56,445 nucleotides of DNA from Acidobacteriota bacterium (GTDB taxonomy: Bacteria; Acidobacteriota; Thermoanaerobaculia; UBA5066; Gp7-AA6): contig JBBQKV010000001.1 of assembly GCA_038327245.1 (NCBI GenBank), forward strand, positions 1 to 56,445, given 5' to 3'. Positions 43,079 to 50,811 of the stretch are shown here, piece by piece. Both the position numbers and the translations under genes were made by a program. The number at the start of each line of letters is the position of its first letter. Within the stretch, counting starts at the first letter, position 1. Under the pieces are notes generated by a model. The model had not been told where the DNA came from and did not search any database. It saw only the letters and a program-made list of their open reading frames with translations.

Positions 43079-44125
43079 TCAGACGTTCGCGTATCGCGAG
43101 CGCGCCAGGTCCACGATCTCGGCAATCAGCTCCATGTAGTTGCGCCCGGCCTTCTTCGCCGCCATCGCGAACTCGGCGGTCGACGCGAGCCATGGATTCG
43201 GGTTCGCTTCGATGACGAAGACCTCGCCCTTCTTCGAGAGCCGCATGTCGATGCGGCCGTAGTCCCGCAGCTTCAGGGCCTGGTAGGCAGAAAGCGCCGT
43301 TTCCGAGAGGCGCTTGGTCGTCGCCTCGTCCAGGTCTTCGGCGGGCGCGGACTTGGTGACCTTGTACGCCTCCGTTTCCGTGGCCCACTTCACTTCCTGC
43401 CCCGCGATCTTCGGAGTCCCCTTCGGGAGCTTCGACAGGTCGAGCTCCACCATCGGAAGAACCTCGGGGTTTTCGTTGCCGAGAATCGCGGCGTAGATCT
43501 CCCGGCCCTCGATGTACTCCTCGATCAGGGCCGGCGAGTCGAACTCTTCCTGGATGTAGTGGATGCGCTCCATGAGCTCCTTGACGCTCTCGACGAACGA
43601 ACCCTGGTCGATGCCGATCGAGCCGTCCTCCGAGGTGGGCTTCACGATCAGCGGGAACGAGATGTCGTGCGAGTGATCCAGCTTGCCGCGGTACGACGTC
43701 GCAAAGAATGGCGTCTTGATCCGGTGGAAGGCGAAGATCTTCTTGGCGAGCGCTTTGTCCTGGGCAAGATACATCGCGTGCGGGCCGGCGCCCGTGTACT
43801 GGCAGTCGAGCAGCTCCAGGTAGGCCGCGATGTTCATGTCCTTTGTGTCGTCGCCGGCGTAGGACTCGGTCAGGTTGAAGACGAGGTCCGCATCGAGCTT
43901 CGCAAGCGCCACGAGCGTCTTCTCGGCGCCGTCGAGGACCTGGTACGACGGCTCGTGGCCGAGCTTCCCGAGGGCCTCGAAGATCTCTTCGCGGTCCGCC
44001 TTCTCGAGCTTCTTCTTCCGGCGTTTTCCGCGGACGGGCTTTTTCGGCGGCGGCTCGGGGGGCGGCGGCTCCTGTTCCTCCCAGACGTCGTAGAGCACCG
44101 CGACCCTCAGCTTTGTGGAACTCAT
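43079..44125 (-). CDS. ATP-grasp enzyme of the D-Ala-D-Ala-ligase family
   Basis: 348 aa: LRVAVLYD..., a basic and Pro-rich insert PPPPEPPPKKPVRGKRRKKK, FPLIVKPTSEDGSIGI, IEEYIEGREI, FVIEANPNP. The ATG lies 1 nt after the upstream stop. Confidence 0.8.
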   Translation of the reverse strand: MSSTKLRVAVLYDVWEEQEPPPPEPPPKKPVRGKRRKKKLEKADREEIFEALGKLGHEPSYQVLDGAEKTLVALAKLDADLVFNLTESYAGDDTKDMNIAAYLELLDCQYTGAGPHAMYLAQDKALAKKIFAFHRIKTPFFATSYRGKLDHSHDISFPLIVKPTSEDGSIGIDQGSFVESVKELMERIHYIQEEFDSPALIEEYIEGREIYAAILGNENPEVLPMVELDLSKLPKGTPKIAGQEVKWATETEAYKVTKSAPAEDLDEATTKRLSETALSAYQALKLRDYGRIDMRLSKKGEVFVIEANPNPWLASTAEFAMAAKKAGRNYMELIAEIVDLARSRYANV

Positions 44126-44126
44126 T

Positions 44127-45140
44127 TCAGGACTGGACGAACTTTCCGCGCGCCAGGTAGTTCATCGCGAGTGCCGTCGCATAGACCGACACTTCGGTCA
44201 GGTGTTCTTTTTCGCACTTCACCTCCGCTCGAAGTCCCAGCTCGTCGACTTTCGACTCGATCGCCTGGACGAGCCTTTTGATGAGCGGTCGCTGGACGCC
44301 CGTCCAGTAGGTCAGTTTGTCCACGATCGCCTGGCGGTTCTCGCGCATGAGCTCCACGGCGGGCCGGACGCCTTTCTTGCGGCGGCGCGAGGCGCTGAAG
44401 ATGTCGGAGAGGTCGGTCTCGAGGGGAAGCTCCTCCGTCGAGAGCGGCTCGACGAGCGCCTTCTCGTAGAAGTCGGCGACGGTCGTCTCCATCTCTTCGA
44501 CCGTGATGTCGGTGCGCCCCGTGGCGCGGAGCGGCTCGGAGTCCCCGAACTTGCGGGCCATCCGGTCCACGTACTTGAGCTTGGTCAGGGCCCCCCACCC
44601 CTTGTATTTCTTGCGCCAGGTGGAGCGGGGAGTGAGCCACACCGCGAACGTCTCGGCGAAGTCCTCGTCCGGGTGCTTCTGGGCGTACCACCCGTCGATG
44701 TGCCGGACGAAGCGCTTCGAGAAGGGGACGGGCCGGTAGCTCTCCCGGTAAGGGCGGCGAAACGGTCCGAAGAGCTCCCGCCACTCCGCGGTCTCATAGA
44801 GGCGGTACGCGTAGTTGAAGGCGTGGCCCGCCTCGTGTCGGAGGTACATCATGATCTCGCGCTCGTCTTCGAGATCGTTCATCTCCTTCTCGAGACGCGC
44901 GAGCTTCGGGTTGGCAAGATAGAAGGGAATCCCGATGACCGGCTCGCCCGACGGGCAGCCCCACTCGTCCGTGAGATAGCAGAGCGGGCGGAACTTCCGG
45001 ATCCCTTTGCGCTCCAGCTCCCGGTAGAGACGCTGGATCGACCGCTCGAGCGGAGAGCCCTCGAGCTTGAGACCCAGCTCCTTGATCGGCTTGGAGAGGA
45101 TTTCCTGGACGTCCGGAGGCGCTTTTTCGAAGGCTTGCAA
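44127..45140 (-). CDS. Putative zinc metallopeptidase (HEAGH) coupled to the ATP-grasp gene
   Basis: TTG start at 45140 after GGAG. YLRHEAGHAFNYAY, with a downstream HPDEDFAETFA. Confidence 0.65.
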   Translation of the reverse strand: MQAFEKAPPDVQEILSKPIKELGLKLEGSPLERSIQRLYRELERKGIRKFRPLCYLTDEWGCPSGEPVIGIPFYLANPKLARLEKEMNDLEDEREIMMYLRHEAGHAFNYAYRLYETAEWRELFGPFRRPYRESYRPVPFSKRFVRHIDGWYAQKHPDEDFAETFAVWLTPRSTWRKKYKGWGALTKLKYVDRMARKFGDSEPLRATGRTDITVEEMETTVADFYEKALVEPLSTEELPLETDLSDIFSASRRRKKGVRPAVELMRENRQAIVDKLTYWTGVQRPLIKRLVQAIESKVDELGLRAEVKCEKEHLTEVSVYATALAMNYLARGKFVQS

Positions 45141-45195
45141 GGGTCTCCGAAAAGGGTAGCACGGAAAGAACGGACGTCCCGGGGCGCATCTCGCG

Positions 45196-45224
45196 TTGAC
45201 CGCCGCGAAGCAACTCTCTACCCT
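45196..45224 (+). promoter_or_regulatory. Candidate sigma-70 promoter of the diguanylate cyclase gene
   Basis: TTGACC (45196-45201), a 17-nt spacer, then TACCCT (45219-45224). It would give a very short leader to ATG 45239. Confidence 0.25.
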
Positions 45225-45238
45225 TGAAGCAGCGCTTC

Positions 45239-46408
45239 ATGCTGAACATCTTCTTTCTGGGGCTGCTCGTCCACACGGCGGGCGCCGCGCTGCTGGCCGC
45301 GATCTTCCTCTATCTGTCGCGGGGCAAGGGCAATCGGGCGTTGAACGCGGCCGGAGTCGCGTGGATGTTTCTCGCTCTTTCCCTCGCCTCGCTCCTCCTT
45401 CTGTCGGGACGCGGCCTTCCGTACGAGAACTTCCTGTACCAGTACTGGAAGATCCTCTTCATCGTCGCGCTCGTGACGGCGGCGCGCCGGATGGACCGGC
45501 AGAACGCGCTGGCGCGGCCCCTGGCACTGACGGCGGTTCTCGGGCTGCCGGTCTCTCTGGCGATCGTTCTCTGGGCGAAAGAGGAAGATCTCTTCAACGC
45601 GGTCCATTCGGCGATCCTCGCGATCGCCTGGGCGACCGTTGCGATTCTCATCCTCGCCAGCCGCTCGACCGGCCTCGGAAAGCGCTTTTCGGCTCTCCTC
45701 GCGCTGACGACGGCCGCATTTCAGGGGACGTACGCGGTCTCCTACGGCTTGGGCGCGCTCCGGGGACATCACCCCGGCTTCTTCCTCCTCTATGCCGGCT
45801 TCTACGATCTTTTCCTGGAGATGCTTTTCGGCATCGGTCTGATCATCTGGGGGATGGAGGAGACCGAGGCGCGGCTCGCCGTCATTCACGCGAGGGCCCT
45901 CGACGACACGCGGCGACGCAAGAGACTCGCCCTCATCGATCCCCTGACCGAGGTCTATAACCGCCACTTCTTCGACGAGATCCGGCCTTCGCTCGACCGC
46001 GAGGCAGCGGGCGGCTCGATCGTTCTCGTGGACGTGGACGATCTGAAGACGATCAACGACACGCGCGGGCATGACGACGGGGACAAGGCGATCTGGACCA
46101 TCGCGACCGCGATCAAGAGACTCATCCGCGGCGCCGACTTCCTGATCCGATGGGGCGGCGACGAGTTCCTGGTGATCCTCCCGGGCATGGACGAAGATCT
46201 CGCGAAGAAGCGGTTCTACATGCTGCCCGGGAAGATCGACGAGATCCGGAAGAACGAGCGGTTGAAGGACCGGGCGTACCAGCGGTTCCTCTCCGCTTCG
46301 GTGGGAGTGGCGCGGTTCACGCGGCGGACCCCCATCGACCACGCGATCGAAAAGGCCGACAGTGTCATGTACGAGCGCAAGAAGGCGCACAAGGAAATGC
46401 GGGGCTAA
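45239..46408 (+). CDS. Membrane-anchored diguanylate cyclase (GGDEF)
   Basis: About 6 TM N-terminal region, then RGHDDGDKAI and IRWGGDEFLVILPG. ATG 45239; an alternative TTG is at 45224. Confidence 0.85.
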   Translation: MLNIFFLGLLVHTAGAALLAAIFLYLSRGKGNRALNAAGVAWMFLALSLASLLLLSGRGLPYENFLYQYWKILFIVALVTAARRMDRQNALARPLALTAVLGLPVSLAIVLWAKEEDLFNAVHSAILAIAWATVAILILASRSTGLGKRFSALLALTTAAFQGTYAVSYGLGALRGHHPGFFLLYAGFYDLFLEMLFGIGLIIWGMEETEARLAVIHARALDDTRRRKRLALIDPLTEVYNRHFFDEIRPSLDREAAGGSIVLVDVDDLKTINDTRGHDDGDKAIWTIATAIKRLIRGADFLIRWGGDEFLVILPGMDEDLAKKRFYMLPGKIDEIRKNERLKDRAYQRFLSASVGVARFTRRTPIDHAIEKADSVMYERKKAHKEMRG

Positions 46409-46411
46409 GGA

Positions 46412-46535
46412 AAGTGGGGTCAGGTCTTCACGAGTCACCGCAACGAGCGTTCAGCCGGACGAGTCTTGCCACTTTGCATGGCAAAGTGGCAAGTGGAGAC
46501 CTGACCCCCAAAGTGGCAAGTGGAGACCTGACCCC
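46412..46535. repeat. Composite palindrome plus tandem copy of the GTGGCAAGTGGAGACCTGACCCC element
   Basis: Left arm GGGGTCAGGTCTTCAC (46416-46431) ... CTTGCCACTTTGC (46465-46477). Loop atg. Right arm GCAAAGTGGCAAGTGGAGACCTGACCCC (46481-46508). A second direct copy at 46510-46535 ends at the ATG of the next ORF. Confidence 0.9.
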
Positions 46536-46808
46536 ATGAACTACCACTGGACCGACTGCCCCGGCTGCTCCTGTCACCTCGCGGTCAACTGGACCGCGCG
46601 GCCGGAGGAAACCGCCGGGTCACTGCGCCGCTGGTCGGCGGACCGCTCGATCAACGACGGGAGACCGTTCACGTTCCGGGGCGCGGCCGCGAGCGACGCG
46701 CTCGTGGTTCCATGCGTCTGCGGGACGCCAATCACGCTTCCCGAGACGCCCGACGCGGTGGGCGGCGAACGCACCGAGGGACTCCGGGTCACGCTGAAGG
46801 AGGACTGA
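46536..46808 (+). CDS. Small Cys-rich hypothetical protein
   Basis: 90 aa, MNYHWTDCPGCSCHLAVNW...VVPCVCGTPITLPE (CxxCxC ... CxC). No recognisable RBS, because the repeat abuts the ATG. Confidence 0.4.
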   Translation: MNYHWTDCPGCSCHLAVNWTARPEETAGSLRRWSADRSINDGRPFTFRGAAASDALVVPCVCGTPITLPETPDAVGGERTEGLRVTLKED

Positions 46809-46819
46809 TCCGTCTTCCG

Positions 46820-46842
46820 AGTCCCGTGTCCCGTGTCCCGTC
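46820..46842. repeat. GTGTCCC heptamer array (about 3 units; GGGACAC on the minus strand)
   Basis: agtcccgtgtcccgtgtcccgtcc, ending 2 nt before the Smr gene ATG. Confidence 0.8.
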
Positions 46843-46844
46843 CT

Positions 46845-47108
46845 ATGAAACGCATCCCCATCGAAGACTCCCTGGACCTGCACTCCTTTCTCCCGCAGGA
46901 CGTCCGCGACGTCGTCTCGGACTATCTCGACGAAGCGGCGCGGCATGGCTTCCCGGAAGTCCGCCTCATCCACGGCAAGGGAAAGGGAGTGCGCCGCGCG
47001 GAAGTGCGGCGCCTGCTGGCCGGCGATGACCGGGTCGCCGATGTCTTCGACGCGCCGCCCGAGCGCGGAGGCTTCGGGGCCACGGTGGTGGTTCTGAGTC
47101 GCCGCTAG
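46845..47108 (+). CDS. Smr-domain protein
   Basis: MKRIPIEDSLDLHSF...VRLIHGKGKGVRR, a typical stand-alone Smr domain. Confidence 0.8.
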   Translation: MKRIPIEDSLDLHSFLPQDVRDVVSDYLDEAARHGFPEVRLIHGKGKGVRRAEVRRLLAGDDRVADVFDAPPERGGFGATVVVLSRR

Positions 47109-47644
47109 ACGGTTTCGATCTCCACCCGCATCGGCATGGCCGCCCGGACCACCTTCGAAACGATGCAGTACTTCTCGGAGAGCGCGATCGACTTCTCGAT
47201 TTTCGGACGATCGGTGTCGAGGAGCGGCGCGGGCACCCGGGCGTGGATGACCGCGTCGGTCACCCGGAAGCCGCCGGCCGGGTCGTCCTCCAGCCGCCCG
47301 CTCACGGCGACGGTCGGCTCCGTGTACCCGATCTGGAGCTTTTTCAGAAAGATCGCCCAGGTATTCGCAAAACAGGCGGCGAGCGCGCCGAGCAGCAGCT
47401 CTTCGGGGTTCGCGGCTTCGCCCGGTCCGTCCGGCTCCCGAGAACCGGCGATCGCGACGGTCACACCGGCGTCGGGCAGGATGACCTGTCCCGTTCCGGA
47501 CCCGTCTCCGATCCACGCGGCCGAGGCTCGAAAGACCTGTCCGGCGTGAAGAGTCGAAGCCTTCTCGCGGGGCTTCTCCGCCGGGGCGCCGTCGGCCTGG
47601 GAATCTCGAGCGTCTTTTCCGGAGGGAATCGAGCCATCCGCCAT
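47105..47644 (-). CDS. OsmC/Ohr-family peroxiredoxin-like protein
   Basis: NPEELLLGALAACF and EKYCIVSKV carry the two conserved Cys. ATG 47644; an in-frame start at 47668 is also possible. Confidence 0.8.
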   Translation of the reverse strand: MADGSIPSGKDARDSQADGAPAEKPREKASTLHAGQVFRASAAWIGDGSGTGQVILPDAGVTVAIAGSREPDGPGEAANPEELLLGALAACFANTWAIFLKKLQIGYTEPTVAVSGRLEDDPAGGFRVTDAVIHARVPAPLLDTDRPKIEKSIALSEKYCIVSKVVRAAMPMRVEIETV

Positions 47645-47659
47645 CTTGCACCCCGTTCG

Positions 47660-48115
47660 ATGGATCATAGACCGGTGAAACCGTTGGGCCGCGCGACACA
47701 GGGAGCTCTCGCGCTCATCCTAACCGCCGGCGCCTGCGTGTCCGCCCCGCGGCCGACCGACGAAGCGATCCGCCGATCCGCGAATCCTCCCGCCGTCGTC
47801 GAGGGGCGCGTCGGCGATCCGGAGGGACACCCCGTTTCCGGAGTCGCGGTCTGGGGGCTTCCGCGGGACAAGGATCTCGGGTGGTCGAGTCCGTCGGTGA
47901 CGGATGCGACCGGGCGATTCCGGCTGACGCTCGTCGCACCCGGGTCGTACGGGTTTCTCCTGTCGTGGAAAGGAATCACGATCGTCACCCCGCGCGCGGA
48001 CGACCCCAGCCGGACTCTCGTCGTGATCCGACCCGGCGACCGGAAATCGGGCGTCACTCTCGTGTTTCGCCGGGAGGACTGGGACCGCGCGCTCCTCGCG
48101 CGGCGCTCCCAGTGA
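47660..48115 (+). CDS. Lipoprotein with carboxypeptidase-regulatory-like domain
   Basis: ATG 47660. LALILTAGAC lipobox. VEGRVGDPEGHPVSGVAVWG...TDATGRFRLTLVAPGSY. Confidence 0.65.
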   Translation: MDHRPVKPLGRATQGALALILTAGACVSAPRPTDEAIRRSANPPAVVEGRVGDPEGHPVSGVAVWGLPRDKDLGWSSPSVTDATGRFRLTLVAPGSYGFLLSWKGITIVTPRADDPSRTLVVIRPGDRKSGVTLVFRREDWDRALLARRSQ

Positions 48116-49134
48116 ACCGCGCGGCGCGCCGCCTCCTCTCGGCTTTCTCCGCGGGGGCCGCCGTCTTCGCCGCGGGTTCCTGGCTCGCGGCGCGGCGCCT
48201 CGCGCCCCGGCTCGTTTCCCCGACGGGGCTCGGCCCTCCTCCGGACCGGCAGCGGGAGCTCCTGGAGGCGCTCCGGGGAGTTGCGCCGATCGTCGGGGAG
48301 TTCCGGCACCCGGGCAGCCCCCGGGACCCCGTCCTGCTCGCGGCGACGTTTGCCTCGCCCGGGAATCCGGCGCGGCGGCCGACGATTCTCTTTCTGCACG
48401 GCAAGGGCGGGCGCGCCTGCGAGTGGGAAGACTCGGCGACTCTCGCGCTCGCTCTCGGATACAACGCGCTCCTTCCCGACCTGCGCGGCCACGGATCGTC
48501 CGCCGGGCGGTACACCACGTTCGGCTTCCTGGAGAAGGACGACCTCGCGAACACGATCGCCGCGGCAGAGGAGCGCTGGGGGATGGATCCCGGCCGTCTC
48601 GGGATCCACTCCTGCTCGGCGGGCTCGTCCGTCGCCCTCGACTTCGCGGCCCATCGCCCTGTCGTCCGGGCCCTCTGGCTCGAGTCGCCCTTTGCCGACG
48701 CGCAGGAGATGGCGCGACATTACCTCTCCGCCTCCACCGGGATTCCCGCGCCGCTCCTGTCGCTGACGACCCGCTGGGCGGTCTCGCGCGCCGTCGCCCG
48801 CATCCAGCGCGACCTCGGCCTCGAGCACGTCCCCGGAGGTCTCGAGCAGGCCGACCCGGTTGCCGCGCTTCGCCGCGTCCGTTGCCCGGTCAGCCTCGTT
48901 TACGGCGACGCGGACCGCCTCGTTCCGCCGCACTTCGTGGATCGCCTCGTGGGCGCGCTTCCGGCGGGCAGCGAGGTCTTCCGGGTGCGCGGCGCCGGCC
49001 ACTGCCATCACCCCGACGAGGCCGCCAGGGTCGCGCAGGCCGACTACCGGCGCCGGTGGGTCGCCTTTTTCGGCAGCCACCTTCCGATCAGCGCGGGCGG
49101 GGAGCCTTCCGCGGATCTTCCGTCCGGCCCTTGA
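48112..49134 (+). CDS. Alpha/beta hydrolase
   Basis: GTG 48112 overlaps the upstream stop (GTGA). N-terminal TM segment, FLHGKGG, nucleophile elbow HSCSAGS, GDADRLV, GAGHCH. Confidence 0.75.
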   Translation: MNRAARRLLSAFSAGAAVFAAGSWLAARRLAPRLVSPTGLGPPPDRQRELLEALRGVAPIVGEFRHPGSPRDPVLLAATFASPGNPARRPTILFLHGKGGRACEWEDSATLALALGYNALLPDLRGHGSSAGRYTTFGFLEKDDLANTIAAAEERWGMDPGRLGIHSCSAGSSVALDFAAHRPVVRALWLESPFADAQEMARHYLSASTGIPAPLLSLTTRWAVSRAVARIQRDLGLEHVPGGLEQADPVAALRRVRCPVSLVYGDADRLVPPHFVDRLVGALPAGSEVFRVRGAGHCHHPDEAARVAQADYRRRWVAFFGSHLPISAGGEPSADLPSGP

Positions 49135-50260
49135 GCTGCCCGCAAGCCGCGGCGGCGTCCGGCCCTCGGCTGCGCCGCACGGTCACGGCGACTCCGGACT
49201 CCGACAGCGCCGCGGCGAACCGCTCGATGACCGGCTCCGCCGGCCGCTTCCAGCCCGGAAGGTAGATCGGGTCTTCGTTCAAGGGGATCAGGTTCACCTT
49301 CGCGGGGATCCGGTCGAGAAGGCGGACCAGCCGCCTCGCGTCTTCCGGGGAGTCGTTGCGCCCCGCGATCAGAACGTACTCGACCGTGATTCTCCGCCGC
49401 GGGTCGACGGGCCAGGCCCGCATCGCGCGGACGAGACCCTCCAGCGGGTACGTGCGGTTGATCGGCATGAGCGCCGCGCGGGTCTCGTCGTCCGCGGCGT
49501 TCAGCGAGACCGCCAGGTTCGGGCGGCGGTCGAGAGCGGCGAAACGCGCGAACACCGGAGTGATGCCGGACGTCGATACCGTGATCCGCCGCCGCGGGAT
49601 GAGCTCGAAAAGGACGTCGAGAGACGCGATCACGCCGTCGGGATTCAGGAACGGCTCCCCCATCCCCATGAAGACGATGCGGGCGGCCTCGGCCTTCCGG
49701 CCGACCGCGTCGAGGACGGCATAGAGCTGCCCGACGATCTCGCCCGCCGTTAGGTTGCGCCCGCCGCCCAGGCGCCCGGTCACGCAGAAGGCGCAGTCGA
49801 CCGCGCATCCCGTCTGCGAAGAAAGACAGACGGTGAACCGGGTGTCCTTCGTGTCCCCCGTCCCGTGTCCCGTGTCCCGACCCGTGTCCCGCCCAACGGC
49901 GCGCGCGTCCTCGAACTCGTTGACCTGCGCTCCGCCGGGATCACCCGGCATGTAGACCGCCTCGATCAACGCTCCGTCCTCGAGCTTCAGGCCGTACTTC
50001 ACGCTGCCGTCGCGGGAGGCGGCGGACTTCACGATCTCCGGCAGCCTGATCGGCATCTCCCGGTCCAGCCGGTCGCGCAGTTCCCGCGGAACTTCGTGGA
50101 TCTCAGCGGCCGAGCGCGCTCCCCGCCGGTGGATCGCGTCGAAGATCTGCCGGCCGCGATAGGCCGGGATGGCCCAGAGCCGCGCCTGCGACTCCCACTC
50201 CGGGATCGAAAGCCCGAGCGCATGCGGCGAGGAAAGAACGGTCATCTTGCGGATTGCCAC
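49088..50260 (-). CDS. rlmN: Radical-SAM 23S rRNA/tRNA A-C2 methyltransferase RlmN, with a repeat-derived insert
   Basis: YRGRQIFDAIH, LSSQTGCAVDCAFCVTG (CxxxCxxC), FMGMGEP, AVSLNA, CGQL. About 32 extra residues lie before the cluster motif. Confidence 0.9.
   Translation of the reverse strand: MAIRKMTVLSSPHALGLSIPEWESQARLWAIPAYRGRQIFDAIHRRGARSAAEIHEVPRELRDRLDREMPIRLPEIVKSAASRDGSVKYGLKLEDGALIEAVYMPGDPGGAQVNEFEDARAVGRDTGRDTGHGTGDTKDTRFTVCLSSQTGCAVDCAFCVTGRLGGGRNLTAGEIVGQLYAVLDAVGRKAEAARIVFMGMGEPFLNPDGVIASLDVLFELIPRRRITVSTSGITPVFARFAALDRRPNLAVSLNAADDETRAALMPINRTYPLEGLVRAMRAWPVDPRRRITVEYVLIAGRNDSPEDARRLVRLLDRIPAKVNLIPLNEDPIYLPGWKRPAEPVIERFAAALSESGVAVTVRRSRGPDAAAACGQLKGRTEDPRKAPRPR
49841..49894 (-). 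repeat. GGGACAC-type heptamer array inside the rlmN coding sequence
   Basis: The sense strand reads GGGCGGGACACGGGTCGGGACACGGGACACGGGACGGGGGACACGAAGGACACC, encoding GRDTGRDTGHGTGDTKDT. Confidence 0.9.
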
Positions 50261-50304
50261 CGGCGGCGACGCCGGGCGGATGGTCGCGGTCGGACGCCGG
50301 GCGA

Positions 50305-50685
50305 TCAGCCGCCCTTCAGGGCGCGCGGACGACGGGTCAGCCGGACGACGCGGGCGTTCGGCGTCCGGCGGTTGCGCACCTTGCGCGTGGGATCGATGCC
50401 GACCGACTTCAGGAAACGGAGATCCTTCACGTTGATGCGGAAGGCCGCGCGCTCCTCGGTCGGCGCGCCGTTTTCTCTCCGGGCGGCCGAGGTGCGCCCG
50501 CGCGCGCCGGTGCGGCCGTCGCGCTTGTTCACGCCGACCTTCGCGTCGAGGACCATGTAGAGGTTGTAGCCCTCGTCGCGGATCCGCTGAATGGAGTCAT
50601 GGACTCGTCCCGAACCGGAGATCGATTCATTGATCGCCTGTCCAAGTTCCTTCAGCATTTGGCGAAGGTGATCGTTCAGTTCCAT
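50305..50685 (-). CDS. Hypothetical basic protein upstream of rlmN
   Basis: 126 aa. The N-terminal 50 aa (MELNDHLRQMLKELGQAINE...) and the block FRINVKDLRFLKSVGIDP look genuinely coding. The middle and tail are Arg-rich. Confidence 0.5.
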   Translation of the reverse strand: MELNDHLRQMLKELGQAINESISGSGRVHDSIQRIRDEGYNLYMVLDAKVGVNKRDGRTGARGRTSAARRENGAPTEERAAFRINVKDLRFLKSVGIDPTRKVRNRRTPNARVVRLTRRPRALKGG

Positions 50686-50811
50686 AGGCCGCGGCGATTA
50701 TGAACGCCGCCTCGCGCGAGCGTCAAGCGTGTTTCGGTCGCTCGGTTTCTGCTATCCTTTTACGCCTCCCCCGCGCTACGGGTGCGCGCGAAATCCTGAT
50801 ACCTTGCGGCC

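Noticed and set aside
47665-49080. 471-aa minus-strand ORF
   Set aside because: It is antisense to the lipoprotein and alpha/beta-hydrolase genes, with an Arg/Gly/Pro-rich translation.
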